The position numbers were made by a program, and so were the translations under genes. The notes under the pieces are model-generated. The model saw only the letters and a program-made list of their open reading frames with translations, did not search any database and was not told the DNA's origin. Shown here piece by piece: positions 25,148 to 36,080 of a DNA stretch of 64,000 bases. Numbering within the stretch: the first letter of the stretch is position 1; each line of letters starts with the position of its first letter. Origin of the DNA: Candidatus Scatocola faecigallinarum (GTDB lineage Bacteria > Pseudomonadota > Alphaproteobacteria > RF32 > CAG-239); NCBI GenBank assembly GCA_018713605.1, contig DVOM01000036.1, positions 14,268 through 78,267 of the forward strand. The letters are read 5' to 3'.

Positions 25148-27646
25148 ATGACCGAGAACAATGCCAGATACAATGGCAAAGCAAATTTTGAAGAATGGCG
25201 CAAGGAGTGGGCGCTGGAAGACAGGTACAATTTTCATACCATTGAGAAAAAGTGGCAGAAAATCTGGGACGATGAGAAAGCCTACAAGGTAGAAATCGAC
25301 CATGACAAGGAAAAATTTTATGCCCTGGTCGAATTTCCGTATCCGTCCGGCGCCGGTTTGCATGTCGGACATCCGCGCTCTTACACCGCTTTGGACGTCA
25401 TTGCCCGTAAAAAACGCATGCAGGGCTTCAACGTTTTGTATCCGATGGGCTTTGACGCTTTCGGACTGCCTGCCGAGAACTACGCCATCAAAACCGGCGT
25501 ACATCCGGCGGTTTCGACACAGGCTAACATCAAAACCTTTACCAAGCAGTTGAAATCGCTCGGTTTCAGTTTTGATTGGGACAGGTGTATCGATACCTCG
25601 TCGCCGGAATATTTCAAGTGGACGCAGTGGATGTTCATCAAGTTCTTTGAAAAGGGACTGGCCTATAAAGACAAAATTGCCATCAACTGGTGCCCGTCCT
25701 GCAAGGTCGGCCTGGCCAACGAAGAGGTTGTCAACGGCTGCTGCGAGCGCTGCGGCGCACAGGTGGTACGCAAAAACAAAGAACAGTGGATGATTGCGAT
25801 TACCAAATACGCCGATCGTTTGATTAATGATTTGGACGGGCTGGATTTTATTGACCGCGTCAAGTCGCAGCAGATTAACTGGATCGGCCGCTCGGAAGGT
25901 GCCGAGCTTGACTTCGGCCTGACTGACAATAATGGCGCGCCTTTGGGCGACAAAAAGCTGACCGTTTTCACGACCCGTCCGGACACGGCTTTCGGCGTTA
26001 CCTATATGGTTCTGGCGCCGGAGCACGAATATGTCGGCGCGTTGGCGGACAAATTTGAAAATGCCGGGGAAGTCAAGGCCTATGTTGCCGAAACAGCCAA
26101 GAAATCGGATTTGCAACGTACGGCGAACGATTCCAAAACCGGTGTCGAACTGAAAGGAATCAAGGCCAAAAACCCGTATAACGGCGAGTTGATTCCGGTG
26201 TTTATTTCCGATTATGTGCTGATGGGCTACGGTACCGGCGCGATTATGGCGGTGCCGGCACATGATCAGCGCGACTATGACTTTGCCAAGGCTTTCGATC
26301 TGCCGATTGTTCAGGTTCTGGAAGGCGGCGACATTTCCGAAAAGGCGTGGGAAGAGGACGGCGCACATATCAACTCAGGTTTTCTGAACGGCATGAACAA
26401 GGAAGACGGCATGAAAGCTGCCATCAGGTATGCCGAAGAGCATGGTTTCGGCCGTTCGAAAGTTAACTTCAAACTGCGCGACTGGGTTTTCTCCCGCCAA
26501 CGTTACTGGGGCGAACCGATACCGATGGTTTATTGCGAGAAATGCGGCTGGCAGCCGATACCCGAATCGGAACTGCCGCTGACGCTGCCTCCGGTTCCGG
26601 ACTATCATCCGAACGATGAGGGCGAATCGCCGCTGTCAAAGGCCGGCGACTGGCTGAACGCCACATGTCCGAAATGCGGCGGCCATGCCCGCCGGGAAAC
26701 GGACACAATGCCGAACTGGGCAGGTTCCTCCTGGTATTTCCTGCGTTATTGCGATCCGCACAACGACAAGGCATTTGCGTCCAAGGAAGCTCTGGACTAC
26801 TGGATGAATGTCGATTGGTATAACGGCGGTATGGAACATACGACGCTGCATCTGCTGTATTCGCGTTTCTGGCATAAGTTTTTGTACGACTGCGGTTTGG
26901 TTCCGACCAAAGAACCTTACAACAAGCGCACTTCGCATGGCATGATTTTGGCCGAAAACGGAGAGAAAATGTCGAAGTCGCGCGGCAACGTCATTAATCC
27001 GGACGATATTGTCGACGCCTATGGCGCGGATACGTTCCGTTTATATGAAATGTTCATCGGACCCTTTGACCAGGTCGCAATGTGGTCGGACGAGAGCCTG
27101 ATGGGCGTTTACCGTTTTGTCAGCAAGGTTTATGCGCTGATGAAGAAGGTATATGACGTTCAGCCGAACGAGAAGGATCTGCGCGCGATGCACAAGTGCA
27201 TTCTTGAGGTAACCGAGCGCATAGACCAGATGAAGTTCAATACGGCGGTTTCGTCCCTTATGACCTATGTCAACTATATGTCAGGGCTGGAAAAGGTTCC
27301 GGCCGAGCTGTATTTGACGCTGTTGAAACTGATGTCGCCGTTTACACCGCATCTGGCCGAAGAAATGTGGGCGCGTATGGGCAAACAGTCGCTGATTATT
27401 ACCGAAAGCTGGCCGCAGGGCGATGCTAAACTGGCGCAGGACGATGTCGTAACGATTGCGGTTCAGGTCTGCGGCAAAATGCGCGGCACGATTGAAATGC
27501 CGAAAGACGCCTCAAAAGAAGACCTTGAAAAGGCGGCGCTGAATGTCGACAATGTCAAACGCCAGCTGGAAGGTCAGGAAGTCGTTAAAATTATCGTCGT
27601 TCCGAACAAAATCGTCAATATCGTCGCCAAGGCCGCTGCGGCTTAG
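25148..27646 (+). CDS. leuS: Leucine--tRNA ligase
   Basis: 'FPYPSGAGLHVGHPRSY' (HIGH) and 'KMSKSRGN' (KMSKS). 832 aa. Confidence 0.97.
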   Translation: MTENNARYNGKANFEEWRKEWALEDRYNFHTIEKKWQKIWDDEKAYKVEIDHDKEKFYALVEFPYPSGAGLHVGHPRSYTALDVIARKKRMQGFNVLYPMGFDAFGLPAENYAIKTGVHPAVSTQANIKTFTKQLKSLGFSFDWDRCIDTSSPEYFKWTQWMFIKFFEKGLAYKDKIAINWCPSCKVGLANEEVVNGCCERCGAQVVRKNKEQWMIAITKYADRLINDLDGLDFIDRVKSQQINWIGRSEGAELDFGLTDNNGAPLGDKKLTVFTTRPDTAFGVTYMVLAPEHEYVGALADKFENAGEVKAYVAETAKKSDLQRTANDSKTGVELKGIKAKNPYNGELIPVFISDYVLMGYGTGAIMAVPAHDQRDYDFAKAFDLPIVQVLEGGDISEKAWEEDGAHINSGFLNGMNKEDGMKAAIRYAEEHGFGRSKVNFKLRDWVFSRQRYWGEPIPMVYCEKCGWQPIPESELPLTLPPVPDYHPNDEGESPLSKAGDWLNATCPKCGGHARRETDTMPNWAGSSWYFLRYCDPHNDKAFASKEALDYWMNVDWYNGGMEHTTLHLLYSRFWHKFLYDCGLVPTKEPYNKRTSHGMILAENGEKMSKSRGNVINPDDIVDAYGADTFRLYEMFIGPFDQVAMWSDESLMGVYRFVSKVYALMKKVYDVQPNEKDLRAMHKCILEVTERIDQMKFNTAVSSLMTYVNYMSGLEKVPAELYLTLLKLMSPFTPHLAEEMWARMGKQSLIITESWPQGDAKLAQDDVVTIAVQVCGKMRGTIEMPKDASKEDLEKAALNVDNVKRQLEGQEVVKIIVVPNKIVNIVAKAAAA

Positions 27647-27661
27647 AGAGGAGTTCCGAAA

Positions 27662-28216
27662 ATGAAAAAATGCCGGGTTTTGTTTTTGTTTTTGCTGGTT
27701 TCCGCCTGCGGGTTTCAGCCGTTGTACGTGGAAAAAAAGCATAACAACGCCTGGTATTTTTCCGGGGACTTTGACACCTCAATTACACAGGAGATGTCGC
27801 AGATTAAGGTTGAGCCGATTGAAGAGCGATTCGGCCAGATTGTGCGCAATGAACTGCTGGACAGCCTGACGCCGCGCGGTGTTCCGTCGCATCCTAAGTA
27901 TCGTCTGTATGTCGAACTGACCGACCGCCAGATTATTCAGCAGGCGCTGCGCAACGACATTACGGCAACCCGCGAGCAGGTTCGCTATCGGGTGGATTAT
28001 ATTCTGTATGACGCTCAGAGTGACGAGGAACTGGTGCGCGGCAACAGCATTGCCTATTCCAGCTATGACATTATGTCCAATCCGTATTCGACGACGATTG
28101 CCGAGAAAAAAGGCGAAAAAGACTGTGCGCAGATTATTGCCAATGACATAGCGTTGCGTCTGGGGGCATATTTCCATTCCCGGAAAACCGGCGTGGGAGA
28201 CAGCAGTGCAATTTAA
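27662..28216 (+). CDS. lptE: LPS-assembly lipoprotein LptE
   Basis: Lipobox 'LLVSACGF' and the conserved leuS-lptE-holA order. Confidence 0.75.
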   Translation: MKKCRVLFLFLLVSACGFQPLYVEKKHNNAWYFSGDFDTSITQEMSQIKVEPIEERFGQIVRNELLDSLTPRGVPSHPKYRLYVELTDRQIIQQALRNDITATREQVRYRVDYILYDAQSDEELVRGNSIAYSSYDIMSNPYSTTIAEKKGEKDCAQIIANDIALRLGAYFHSRKTGVGDSSAI

Positions 28217-29231
28217 GCAGGCACAAATAGACAAGTATCTGAAAAAGCCGGACGACGTGCTGCGCTGTGCGGTAATTTACGGCAGCAACGAGGGACTGCA
28301 GGCCGAATATGTCAAGAAATTTACGACGGCAGTTTGTCCAGATCCATATGATCCGTTTCGGGTCGTTTACCTGAACGGGAGCGACATTAACAGCGATCCG
28401 GGAATCCTGTTCGGCGAATATAACGGGCAGTCGCTGATGGGCGGCCGCCGCGTGGTTATCGTGCGGGACGGAGACAATAATCTGACCAAACATGTCAAAG
28501 CGCTGCTGGAAAATAATGTTTCCGACACGCTGCTGATTGTGTCTTCGGGGAGTCTGAACAAAAAGTCTTCGCTGGTCAGGCTGGCGGAAGAAAACGAGAA
28601 TATGGCGGCAATCGCCTGCTATGAAGATCGTGATGAAGATATTTTCAACTCGACCCGCGCCAAGTTTATCGAAAACGGGATTACTATCGGCAACGAGGCG
28701 CTGCAGCTGTTATGCGCGCGGCTTTCCAATGACCGGATGAGCAATTCCGGCGAAATCGAGAAACTGATAACCTATCTCGGCGATCATAAAAACGTAACGG
28801 TTGAAGACGTGCAGAAAATTATCAGCGATGCGTCTTCTTCTTCCGGCGACGACGTTTGTTTTGCCGCGGCGGGCGGTTATGCAGACAAAGCGCTGGCCGC
28901 TTTCAACAAGCTGGTTAACGAAGGGAACGAGCCGATTTCGATTATTCGCAGCCTGACTTATCATTTTAACAAAATTTTGACCTGCAAGGCTTACATGGAA
29001 AACGGCGACACCGTAGACAAGGCGGTTTTCAAGCTGCAGCCGCGGATTATCTTCTTTCGCGAATCGAGTTTTAAGCGGCAGGTCAGCATCTGGCCGCGCG
29101 AGAAACTGCTCTGTGTGCTGGAGCTTCTTTACAAGTGCGAACGTGACTGCAAGACGACCAACATGCCGGTTGTGGAAATTGTGTCTTATACGCTTATGCA
29201 GATTTCGTCCGCGGCGAGAAAACTTGCATAA
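28206..29231 (+). CDS. holA: DNA polymerase III subunit delta
   Basis: 'YLKKPDDVLRCAVIYGSNEGL' fits a HolA N-terminus. Supported by length and by synteny after lptE. Confidence 0.8.
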   Translation: MQFKQAQIDKYLKKPDDVLRCAVIYGSNEGLQAEYVKKFTTAVCPDPYDPFRVVYLNGSDINSDPGILFGEYNGQSLMGGRRVVIVRDGDNNLTKHVKALLENNVSDTLLIVSSGSLNKKSSLVRLAEENENMAAIACYEDRDEDIFNSTRAKFIENGITIGNEALQLLCARLSNDRMSNSGEIEKLITYLGDHKNVTVEDVQKIISDASSSSGDDVCFAAAGGYADKALAAFNKLVNEGNEPISIIRSLTYHFNKILTCKAYMENGDTVDKAVFKLQPRIIFFRESSFKRQVSIWPREKLLCVLELLYKCERDCKTTNMPVVEIVSYTLMQISSAARKLA

Positions 29232-29300
29232 AGTTATTTTCTTAATTTTCCGGTTTTCGATCCAGCGGGCGTAAGACGGTTCGTATCGAAACTGCGGTTT

Positions 29301-29639
29301 TTATTCGGCAGCGGCAAAGGCTTTTTCGAAAACGCGGTTTTGCAGCCGCAGATGTTCTTCAAGTATTTCGGGAGCAACGCTGCCGGTGCGGCTGAAGTAG
29401 GTGTAGCCGCGTTTAATCAGTTTCCGGGCATAAAGTTTATTGTACAGAAAGGCAAAAGGGACTGCCGCCAGACCGAAAGTCACAATCTGAGAAAAGAGAA
29501 TGATTGCGGTCCACAGCCAGTCTTTGCGATGCAGGGGAACCAGAAATCCAAACAGCAGAACCGTCCATGAAAAACCGGTCGGAGCAACTTTGATTATTCC
29601 GGTGCGGGGATTTTTGAAGATTAAATTTGCGCCTGCCAT
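29301..29639 (-). CDS. Small membrane protein (DUF2628-like, tentative)
   Basis: 'GFSWTVLLFGFLVPLHRKDWLW' plus a second TM helix. Confidence 0.45.
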   Translation of the reverse strand: MAGANLIFKNPRTGIIKVAPTGFSWTVLLFGFLVPLHRKDWLWTAIILFSQIVTFGLAAVPFAFLYNKLYARKLIKRGYTYFSRTGSVAPEILEEHLRLQNRVFEKAFAAAE

Positions 29640-29710
29640 GTCAGCCCTCAATTTTGTTTTCTTTGATTGTACATCAGAGTTATTGATTAATCTTTAATGA
29701 CGGAAAAATT

Positions 29711-29739
29711 TGTTCTCTCCCTCACTGAGGGAGAGAACA
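29711..29739 (-). terminator. Intrinsic terminator downstream of the DUF378 gene
   Basis: Palindrome GTTCTCTCCCTCActGAGGGAGAGAAC, followed on the minus strand by AAATTTTT. Confidence 0.65.
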
Positions 29740-29743
29740 GGAC

Positions 29744-29971
29744 TTATTTGCTGATTTCTTTTACAAAATGCTCTTCCGTACGGCAGCAGGTGGCTGCAGA
29801 GTAGGCTACAACCAGAGCGGAAAGTCCGACCAGCATGTAGATAATGCGGGACAAAATGCTCATGCTGCCAAACAGGAAGGCAACCAGATTGAAGTCGAAA
29901 AATCCGACCAGGCCCCAGTTGAGGGCGCCGATGATGGTCAGAACCAGAGAGGTTTTTCTTAAATATTCCAT
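29744..29971 (-). CDS. DUF378 family membrane protein
   Basis: 'LTIIGALNWGLVGFFDFNLVAFLFG' is the DUF378 signature. Confidence 0.8.
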   Translation of the reverse strand: MEYLRKTSLVLTIIGALNWGLVGFFDFNLVAFLFGSMSILSRIIYMLVGLSALVVAYSAATCCRTEEHFVKEISK

Positions 29972-30054
29972 TGTAATCTCCTAAAAAACATTTCAAAAAA
30001 CCGTACTTTTATGATATATGTGCCGCAAACATATTTTCAACGGAGACCGTCCGA

Positions 30055-30753
30055 ATGTTTAGCGACAAGTTTATGAAATTTATTGAGATGTGGCAGAAAG
30101 AATATGCCATTGAACGCAGCATCGACGAAAAAGTCTGTGCGGATAAAGACGGTAATCCCATTCCCTGGTATACTTATCCGGCGATTGAGTATCTGTCGCA
30201 GTTTGATTATGGCGGCAAAAGGGTTTTTGAATACGGCTGCGGCTATTCGTCGCTGTTTTGGGCTGAACGGGCGGCAAAAGTTATCAGTATTGAAGATAAT
30301 CCGGAATGGTTTGCCCGCTGGCGCGAGGAATTTAAATGTCCCAATCTTTCCGTTTGCTGGCGGGATGAAGGCGAAGCTTATTTCAATGCGATTTTTGAGC
30401 AGGATGAGGTTTATGACGTGATTGTGATTGACGGCAAATGCCGGGCCTACTGCGCTGAAGCAGCGGTTAGAAAACTGGCGCCGGGCGGCATTGTCATACT
30501 GGATGACAGCGACCGTATCAATACGTCGCAGGAATATGTCCGAGCCGTTGCAGAACTGCGTGCGGCGAATCTGCTGCAGGTTGATTTTTACGGTTTTTGC
30601 CCGATGAACAATTACACTAAAACGACGTCGGTTTTCTTCAGCCGGGACTTTAACTTTAATTCTTTGTATGCGGTGCAGCCGATAAACGGTATCGGCAACC
30701 TGTGGTCAATGGGGCGCAAAAACCGCAAAAGTTTTGTCAAATCAAACTGTTGA
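30055..30753 (+). CDS. Putative class I SAM-dependent methyltransferase-like protein
   Basis: Motif-I-like '[14 protein letters not shown]' and 'DVIVIDGK...[11 protein letters not shown]'. Confidence 0.45.
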   Translation: MFSDKFMKFIEMWQKEYAIERSIDEKVCADKDGNPIPWYTYPAIEYLSQFDYGGKRVFEYGCGYSSLFWAERAAKVISIEDNPEWFARWREEFKCPNLSVCWRDEGEAYFNAIFEQDEVYDVIVIDGKCRAYCAEAAVRKLAPGGIVILDDSDRINTSQEYVRAVAELRAANLLQVDFYGFCPMNNYTKTTSVFFSRDFNFNSLYAVQPINGIGNLWSMGRKNRKSFVKSNC

Positions 30754-31372
30754 TTTCGGCTTTAAGTTCATCCAGTCCGCGGTTTTTTTCCGAACTGGTG
30801 GCTAAAATGTCAACGTAGGCGGCGCCGTGCTTTTTGATGATTTCTTCGGTTCTTTTGATTGTATCGGCCAGAGCTTTGGCGCTGATTTTATCGGTTTTGG
30901 TCAGGACAATCTGATAAGTGACGGCCGCTTTGTCGAGCAGTTTCATCGTTTCTTCGTCGACCTTTTTTATGCCGTGCCGCGAATCGATGAGCAGAAAAAC
31001 CCGTTTGAGATTTACCCGTCCCTGCAAATAGGCAAAGATGAGTTTCTGCCATGATTTGACCATGCTTTCGGGAGCCTGAGCAAAACCGTAGCCGGGCAGG
31101 TCAACCAGGTGAATCTTATCGGCCAGATTGAAGTAATTCAACTGCTGGGTGCGGCCGGGCGTCGAGGAGGTTTTCGCCAGTTTGCGCTGATTAAACAAGG
31201 CATTGATGAGACTTGACTTGCCGACGTTGGAGCGTCCGGCAAACGCAACTTCGCCCATTTCGGTTAACGGCAGCTGGTCAAGTTTGGCCACGCTCAGCAC
31301 AAAATTGCAGGGCTTGTTAAACAAGCTTTCGGCTTCTTCAATCTGTTCGGGGCTGAACTTGTCCGAGGCCAT
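30737..31372 (-). CDS. engB: Ribosome biogenesis GTP-binding protein YihA/EngB
   Basis: '[18 protein letters not shown]', 'DLPGYGF' and 'LTKTDK'. Confidence 0.93.
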   Translation of the reverse strand: MASDKFSPEQIEEAESLFNKPCNFVLSVAKLDQLPLTEMGEVAFAGRSNVGKSSLINALFNQRKLAKTSSTPGRTQQLNYFNLADKIHLVDLPGYGFAQAPESMVKSWQKLIFAYLQGRVNLKRVFLLIDSRHGIKKVDEETMKLLDKAAVTYQIVLTKTDKISAKALADTIKRTEEIIKKHGAAYVDILATSSEKNRGLDELKAEINSLI

Positions 31373-31373
31373 G

Positions 31374-33047
31374 TCATTTTACTCCGTTTTTCTTCATAAT
31401 CGCTTTTTGCTGGATAATGGAAAGGATGTTACTCAGGGTCCAGTAGATGACCAGACCGGAAGCAAAATGTCCGAGCATAAAGGTAAAGATTACCGGCATC
31501 ATGGCAAACATGCGCGCCTGATCTTTGTTGGTGGGCGCCGGATTAAGTTTTTGCTGAATCCACATGGTCAGTCCCATGAGAATCGGCCAGACGCCGATGT
31601 CAAGAAGACCGGGGATCGGCAGATGCGTCCAAGCGGAAAGCGTCAGAGGATCCGGCGCGGAAAGGTCTTTAATCCAGCCGATGAACGGCGCGTGGCGAAT
31701 TTCGATGGAAATGTTCAGAACCTTGTACAGTGAGAAAAAGACCGGAATCTGAATCAGCATCGGCAGGCAGCCGGCGGCCGGATTTATTTTTTCGCGGCGG
31801 TACAGTTCAAGCGTTTCCTGCTGAAGCTTCATTTTGTCGTCGCCGTATCTTTCCTGCAGCTCTTTAATCCGAGGCTGAACCTTTTTCATTTTGGACATGC
31901 TCTCATAGGATTTGTTGGCTATCGGGAACATCAGAAAACGGAGCAGGGCGGCAAACAGGAGAATGGCCCAGCCCATGTTTCCGATGAAGTTGTAAAGGAA
32001 ATCGAGAATATAGAAAAAAGGTTTGGTCAGGAAGTAATACCAGCCGAAGTCGACGGCAAGGTCAAACTTGGGAATGTTAAACTGTTTGGTATAGTTGTCC
32101 AGCAGTTTGATTTCTTTGGCGCCGGCAAACATCTTGACCGTATTGGTGCCGACGGAGCCCGGAGCGACGGTTATCGGTGCGCCGACATAATCTGTCTGAT
32201 AGGTGTCTTTGCCGGTATTGCTGAATTTGACGGTGCCGTTTTGAGCGTTGTTCATGACAAAGGCCGAAAACCAGTAGCGGTCGGAAAAGCCTGCCCAGCC
32301 GCCTGTTGTTTTGAAGTCTTCTTTTTTGCCGTCTTCAAGATCTTTGTATTTGATTTCTTTCAGGGTGTTGTCGACAACGCCGATAAGCCCTTCATGAACG
32401 ACACTGCTGGCTGCCGCCTGATTGTGGAAACGGCTGATTAAGCCGTAGGGGTAAAGGACAATACTGCGGCCGGTATTGTTTTCGACGCTTTGTTCAATGG
32501 TAAACATATAGTTGTCGTCTAAGCTGATGCGGCGGACAAAGGTCAGTCCCTGTCCGTTGTTCCATTCCAGCGTTACCGGCGTCTGCGGGGTCAATTCTCT
32601 GCCTTTGACGTTCCAGAGCGTGTCGGCGTTCGGCGTGCGGACGGCCGTGTCCTGCGGCAGCCAGCCGAATTCGGCATAGTAGGGGGCGGCAGTTTTAGCC
32701 GGAGCAAAGAGCTCTACGTCTGCGCTGTCTGCTTCCAGCGTTTGCTTGTACTTGTCGAGCAAAATTTCGTCAAAACGGGCGCCCTTAATGCGGAGGGAGC
32801 CGCTGACTGCAGCGTTTTTGATTTTAATCCGGGCGTCTTTGCCGAGGACTTCGGAGACTTCCAACGGCGTTTCGGCCGTAACATCGTCAAGCGGCTGCTC
32901 GACTTTTTCTGCGACGGTTTCGACAGCCGGAACTTCCGGCGTCGTCGGTGTTGTTGCCGGTTTGCGCGGGAAAAAGTAGTTGGTTATGAAAATAACGGCA
33001 ATTGACAGGATAACGGCCCAGTAAATGCCTTTCATTTCTTCTTTCAT
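31374..33047 (-). CDS. yidC: Membrane protein insertase YidC
   Basis: Large periplasmic P1 domain. C-terminal '[20 protein letters not shown]' and '[17 protein letters not shown]'. Confidence 0.95.
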   Translation of the reverse strand: MKEEMKGIYWAVILSIAVIFITNYFFPRKPATTPTTPEVPAVETVAEKVEQPLDDVTAETPLEVSEVLGKDARIKIKNAAVSGSLRIKGARFDEILLDKYKQTLEADSADVELFAPAKTAAPYYAEFGWLPQDTAVRTPNADTLWNVKGRELTPQTPVTLEWNNGQGLTFVRRISLDDNYMFTIEQSVENNTGRSIVLYPYGLISRFHNQAAASSVVHEGLIGVVDNTLKEIKYKDLEDGKKEDFKTTGGWAGFSDRYWFSAFVMNNAQNGTVKFSNTGKDTYQTDYVGAPITVAPGSVGTNTVKMFAGAKEIKLLDNYTKQFNIPKFDLAVDFGWYYFLTKPFFYILDFLYNFIGNMGWAILLFAALLRFLMFPIANKSYESMSKMKKVQPRIKELQERYGDDKMKLQQETLELYRREKINPAAGCLPMLIQIPVFFSLYKVLNISIEIRHAPFIGWIKDLSAPDPLTLSAWTHLPIPGLLDIGVWPILMGLTMWIQQKLNPAPTNKDQARMFAMMPVIFTFMLGHFASGLVIYWTLSNILSIIQQKAIMKKNGVK

Positions 33048-33158
33048 CTTTTTTTTAATCTCCTCGGTTAACGCTCGGTCGGCCGGTGTTCGGCGTCTTT
33101 GTTCTCTTCTTAAATTTTCTACTGTATAATTAGGGTTTAGGCAAGCAAATATCCAGCC

Positions 33159-33407
33159 TTATTCCTTATTTTCTTTTTCGCGTTTCGGCGGAACCGGGTC
33201 GTACCCCGAACCTCCCCACGGATGGCAGCGCAGAATACGGCGGATGCCGAGGTACAGCCCTTTGATGACGCCGTGGACGGAGATGGCTTCTATCATATAT
33301 TGCGAGCAGGTCGGCCGAAAACGGCAGACGCCCGGACAAAGCGGCGAGAGAAATTTCTGGTAAAATTTAATCGGCCAAATCAACAGGTTTTTCAGTAGCC
33401 GGTTCAT
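33159..33407 (-). CDS. yidD: Membrane protein insertion efficiency factor YidD
   Basis: '[29 protein letters not shown]...G..L...[15 protein letters not shown]'. Confidence 0.93.
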   Translation of the reverse strand: MNRLLKNLLIWPIKFYQKFLSPLCPGVCRFRPTCSQYMIEAISVHGVIKGLYLGIRRILRCHPWGGSGYDPVPPKREKENKE

Positions 33408-33771
33408 GTTTTTTTTCTTCCGGATTGAGCAGTTTGTGGAGTTTTTTCAGCCCATAACAAAGATCACCCTTCAGTTTGTCAAAGGGGCAGTCCGCCGTGT
33501 TGTAACGGCCAATCAGAACATAGTCGACACCGGGACGGGCGCGGGCCGGAAAAAGTTCGCGGACGGCGGCGCGCATGCGGCGGCGGGTCCGGTTGCGGAC
33601 ATGAGCCTTGCCGATTTTCTTGGTTGTCGTGTAGCCGGTGCGGCAGGAGCCCTCGGGTGCAGATAAACTTTGAGCCGCCTGCAAAATGAGCGTCGAGGTA
33701 GCTACCTTAACGCCTTTTGCGGCGACTCTTACAAAATCTTTCCGTTTTTTTAAAATCAAAACTTCAGACAT
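33367..33771 (-). CDS. rnpA: Ribonuclease P protein component
   Basis: '[14 protein letters not shown]' and '[22 protein letters not shown]' (the RNR motif). Located directly downstream of rpmH. Confidence 0.9.
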   Translation of the reverse strand: MSEVLILKKRKDFVRVAAKGVKVATSTLILQAAQSLSAPEGSCRTGYTTTKKIGKAHVRNRTRRRMRAAVRELFPARARPGVDYVLIGRYNTADCPFDKLKGDLCYGLKKLHKLLNPEEKKHEPATEKPVDLAD

Positions 33772-33782
33772 AGGTTTGCAGC

Positions 33783-33917
33783 CTAAGCCGAAAGATTTTT
33801 ACGTCCTCTGCTGCGGCGAGCGGCAATGACTTTGCGGCCGCCGGCCGTGGCCATGCGGGCACGGAAACCGTGACGGCGGGCTCTGACCAGTTTACTCGGC
33901 TGATAGGTTCTTTTCAT
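33783..33917 (-). CDS. rpmH: 50S ribosomal protein L34 (too short for the ORF track)
   Basis: My own translation of the minus strand gives [56 protein letters not shown] lies upstream. Confidence 0.95.
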   Translation of the reverse strand: MKRTYQPSKLVRARRHGFRARMATAGGRKVIAARRSRGRKNLSA

Positions 33918-34008
33918 TTGTTTTCTCCGGTTAACGCCGGCGTCAGCCGGCTGATTTTTATTAGTTATTTAAGCCTTAATTTTGAATCTAAGGCCTCGGG
34001 TAATTCTG

Positions 34009-34037
34009 CTTATAGACATTTTTGGGCGGCAAGTCAA
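34009..34037 (-). promoter_or_regulatory. Predicted rpmH-rnpA operon promoter
   Basis: On the minus strand: TTGACT (34037-34032), a 17-nt spacer, TATAAG (34014-34009). Confidence 0.45.
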
Positions 34038-34048
34038 TGATTTTTTGC

Positions 34049-34074
34049 AAAAAAAAGCTCCGTATGCACGGAGC
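34049..34074 (-). terminator. Intrinsic terminator of the BI-1/YccA gene
   Basis: On the minus strand: GCTCCGTGCATACGGAGC followed by TTTTTTTT. Confidence 0.8.
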
Positions 34075-34093
34075 CTGAAAACACTTTGTTTTT

Positions 34094-34825
34094 TTAACGG
34101 CGGTCGCCGAAAAGTCTGAGCAGAGCCAGGAACAGGTTGATGAAATCAAGATAGAGTTCCAATGCTCCGGCAATGGCTTTGCGGGAAAGCGTATCGCCCG
34201 TGTCGGCACTGAGGTAAAGACTGCGGATTTTCTGCGTATCATAAGCGGTAAGGCCGGTAAAGATGATGACAGTCAGAATCGACAGCGCAAAACTCAGGCC
34301 GGAGCTCTGCATAAAGATATTGACGATGGAAGCGATAATGACTCCCCACAAGCCCATGACCATAAAGGAACCCATGGCGGTCAGGTCTCTTTTGGTGGTG
34401 TAGCCGTAGATGCTCATTCCGCCGAAAGTTGCGGCGGTAATCAGAAACAGGCGGGTAATGCTGTCACCGGTATAAGTCAGGAAAATCGGCGCCAGAGAAA
34501 TGCCCATAACTGCCGAAAAGCCCCAGAATACGCCCTGAACCTGCTGCAGCGTGCCGCGGCTGATGACCCAGCCGAAAGCAAAAATCATCAGAAACGGCGC
34601 CAGCAGAAACAGCCAGCCCAAACCGGACAGGCTGGCGCCCTGCGGGGTAATGTTGAAAAAGAGCCTTATCAGCGAGGTATTGGCAACCAGATAGGCGGCA
34701 AAGGCGGTCAGGCAGAGACCCGCAGCCATGTAGTTGTAAACTTTAATCATGTACTGGCGAAGCCCTTCGTCTACGGTTGCGGCCGATTTGGCACTGACGG
34801 CGGCAAAATTTTTATTTTCTAACAT
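34094..34825 (-). CDS. Bax inhibitor-1/YccA family membrane protein
   Basis: 'EGLRQYMIKVYNYMAAGL' and seven TM helices. The C-terminal 'GALELYLDFINLFLALLRLFG' is typical of the family. Confidence 0.88.
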   Translation of the reverse strand: MLENKNFAAVSAKSAATVDEGLRQYMIKVYNYMAAGLCLTAFAAYLVANTSLIRLFFNITPQGASLSGLGWLFLLAPFLMIFAFGWVISRGTLQQVQGVFWGFSAVMGISLAPIFLTYTGDSITRLFLITAATFGGMSIYGYTTKRDLTAMGSFMVMGLWGVIIASIVNIFMQSSGLSFALSILTVIIFTGLTAYDTQKIRSLYLSADTGDTLSRKAIAGALELYLDFINLFLALLRLFGDRR

Positions 34826-34897
34826 TTAAATTGTTCTCCATGAAGTTGGTGTCTGTTTAAAATATAAGGAGCAAATATGTAATTATCAAGTTTTTTG

Positions 34898-35608
34898 TTA
34901 TTCGTACCGATAGAGTTCCCTGCTGTGCAGGCGGAGCCAGACTTTGCCGGCCTCGGCCTCGGGATAAAGTTCGCGGACGCAACGCCAGAATGCTCTGGAA
35001 TGGTCCTGGTGCCTGAGATGGGCAACCTCATGGGCAATCAAATAGTCGATTACGGTTTCGGGGGCAAGGGCGATGCGCCAGCTGTAGTTGATGTTGTGCA
35101 TGGACGAACAGCTGCCCCAGCGTGATTTGGTATCTTTTATCGTGACGTCGTTCAGAGGGCAGCCGAGCCGGTCGGCGAGAATTTTGGAACGGCGGTAAAA
35201 TTCGGTTTTTGCCTGTGCCTTAATGTAGTCTTTGACCCGGCGGTGCAAAAATTCGGCGTCGCCGGAAACGTTCAGAAAACCGTTTTCGAGAAAAGTGCCG
35301 CCGCGACGGTCGTTTGTCCGGCGAATAACAACCGGTTGGCCGAACAGAGAGATTTGCTCTCCGTCTTCAAAGTTTTTGGTTTGCGGCAGCCGTGCCAGAG
35401 AGCGTTCTATCCAGCCGCGGTGCAGGTTGACGAAGTCAACGGCACGTTTGGCCGCGCAACGTTCGGGAATGGTCAGAACCGGCAGCCGTTCTTTGGAATC
35501 AATGCGGAGCGTCATTCGTCTGGCGCGCGACGATTTGACGATTTTTATATCAAAGCCGAGCGCTTCGCGGATCTCAAAGGTCTTCCCAGTAAACAATGTA
35601 ATTTTCAT
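34898..35608 (-). CDS. YgjP-like (DUF45/M48-related) metal-dependent hydrolase
   Basis: 'IDYLIAHEVAHLRHQDHSRAFW' is an HExxH site in the YgjP/WLM-like context. Confidence 0.8.
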   Translation of the reverse strand: MKITLFTGKTFEIREALGFDIKIVKSSRARRMTLRIDSKERLPVLTIPERCAAKRAVDFVNLHRGWIERSLARLPQTKNFEDGEQISLFGQPVVIRRTNDRRGGTFLENGFLNVSGDAEFLHRRVKDYIKAQAKTEFYRRSKILADRLGCPLNDVTIKDTKSRWGSCSSMHNINYSWRIALAPETVIDYLIAHEVAHLRHQDHSRAFWRCVRELYPEAEAGKVWLRLHSRELYRYE

Positions 35609-36080
35609 AATTCTGTATTCCTGTTTCCGAGACGGTTTCGCGGTCTTTCAGCGACATCTTTGCCTCATGTACGGAAGCGGCGCGGCCGGTTTTAAGCGGA
35701 TGCCATTCCGGGAGGTCGAAACCGTTGTCCAGCAGCCAGTAGGTGCAGGTTTTGGGCAGCCAGCGCGGCTTTTCGCGGACAGCGTTCAGGTCAATGTCGC
35801 GACAGTCGGGAACTTTCTCAAAGCGTTCGGGATAAATCCGGCACAGGCAGCTCCGGCAGTCCAGAAAGCGGCAGCGGGTATTGGTAAAACGTATTTTGCC
35901 CTTGATTTCCAATTTGTTCAAACAACATTTGCCGCAGCCGTCGCAGAGAAGCTCCCATTCTTCGGCGGACATTTCCTCAAGTTTTTTCTTTTTCCAGAAT
36001 TCGGGTTCGATATGTTCCAGATGTTCAAACCGGGACTGAGGGTTAAAAGTGTCTTCTATTATATAGTCGTCTTTGTTCAT
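35574..36080 (-). CDS. ycgN: YcgN-family (UPF0260) cysteine-cluster protein
   Basis: 'FWKKKKLEEMSAEEWELLCDGCGKCCLNKL' and 'WLPKTCTYWLL..G.DLPEWHPL' closely parallel E. coli YcgN. Confidence 0.8.
   Translation of the reverse strand: MNKDDYIIEDTFNPQSRFEHLEHIEPEFWKKKKLEEMSAEEWELLCDGCGKCCLNKLEIKGKIRFTNTRCRFLDCRSCLCRIYPERFEKVPDCRDIDLNAVREKPRWLPKTCTYWLLDNGFDLPEWHPLKTGRAASVHEAKMSLKDRETVSETGIQNYENYIVYWEDL

Noticed and set aside
25121-26368. A 415-aa ORF on the minus strand, plus several other ORFs of 70-110 aa within 25,300-26,940.
   Set aside because: It lies entirely antisense to, or out of frame within, leuS, whose identity is unambiguous (HIGH and KMSKS motifs). The translated sequence is Arg/Gly/Phe-rich and low-complexity, which is typical of shadow ORFs in GC-richer DNA.
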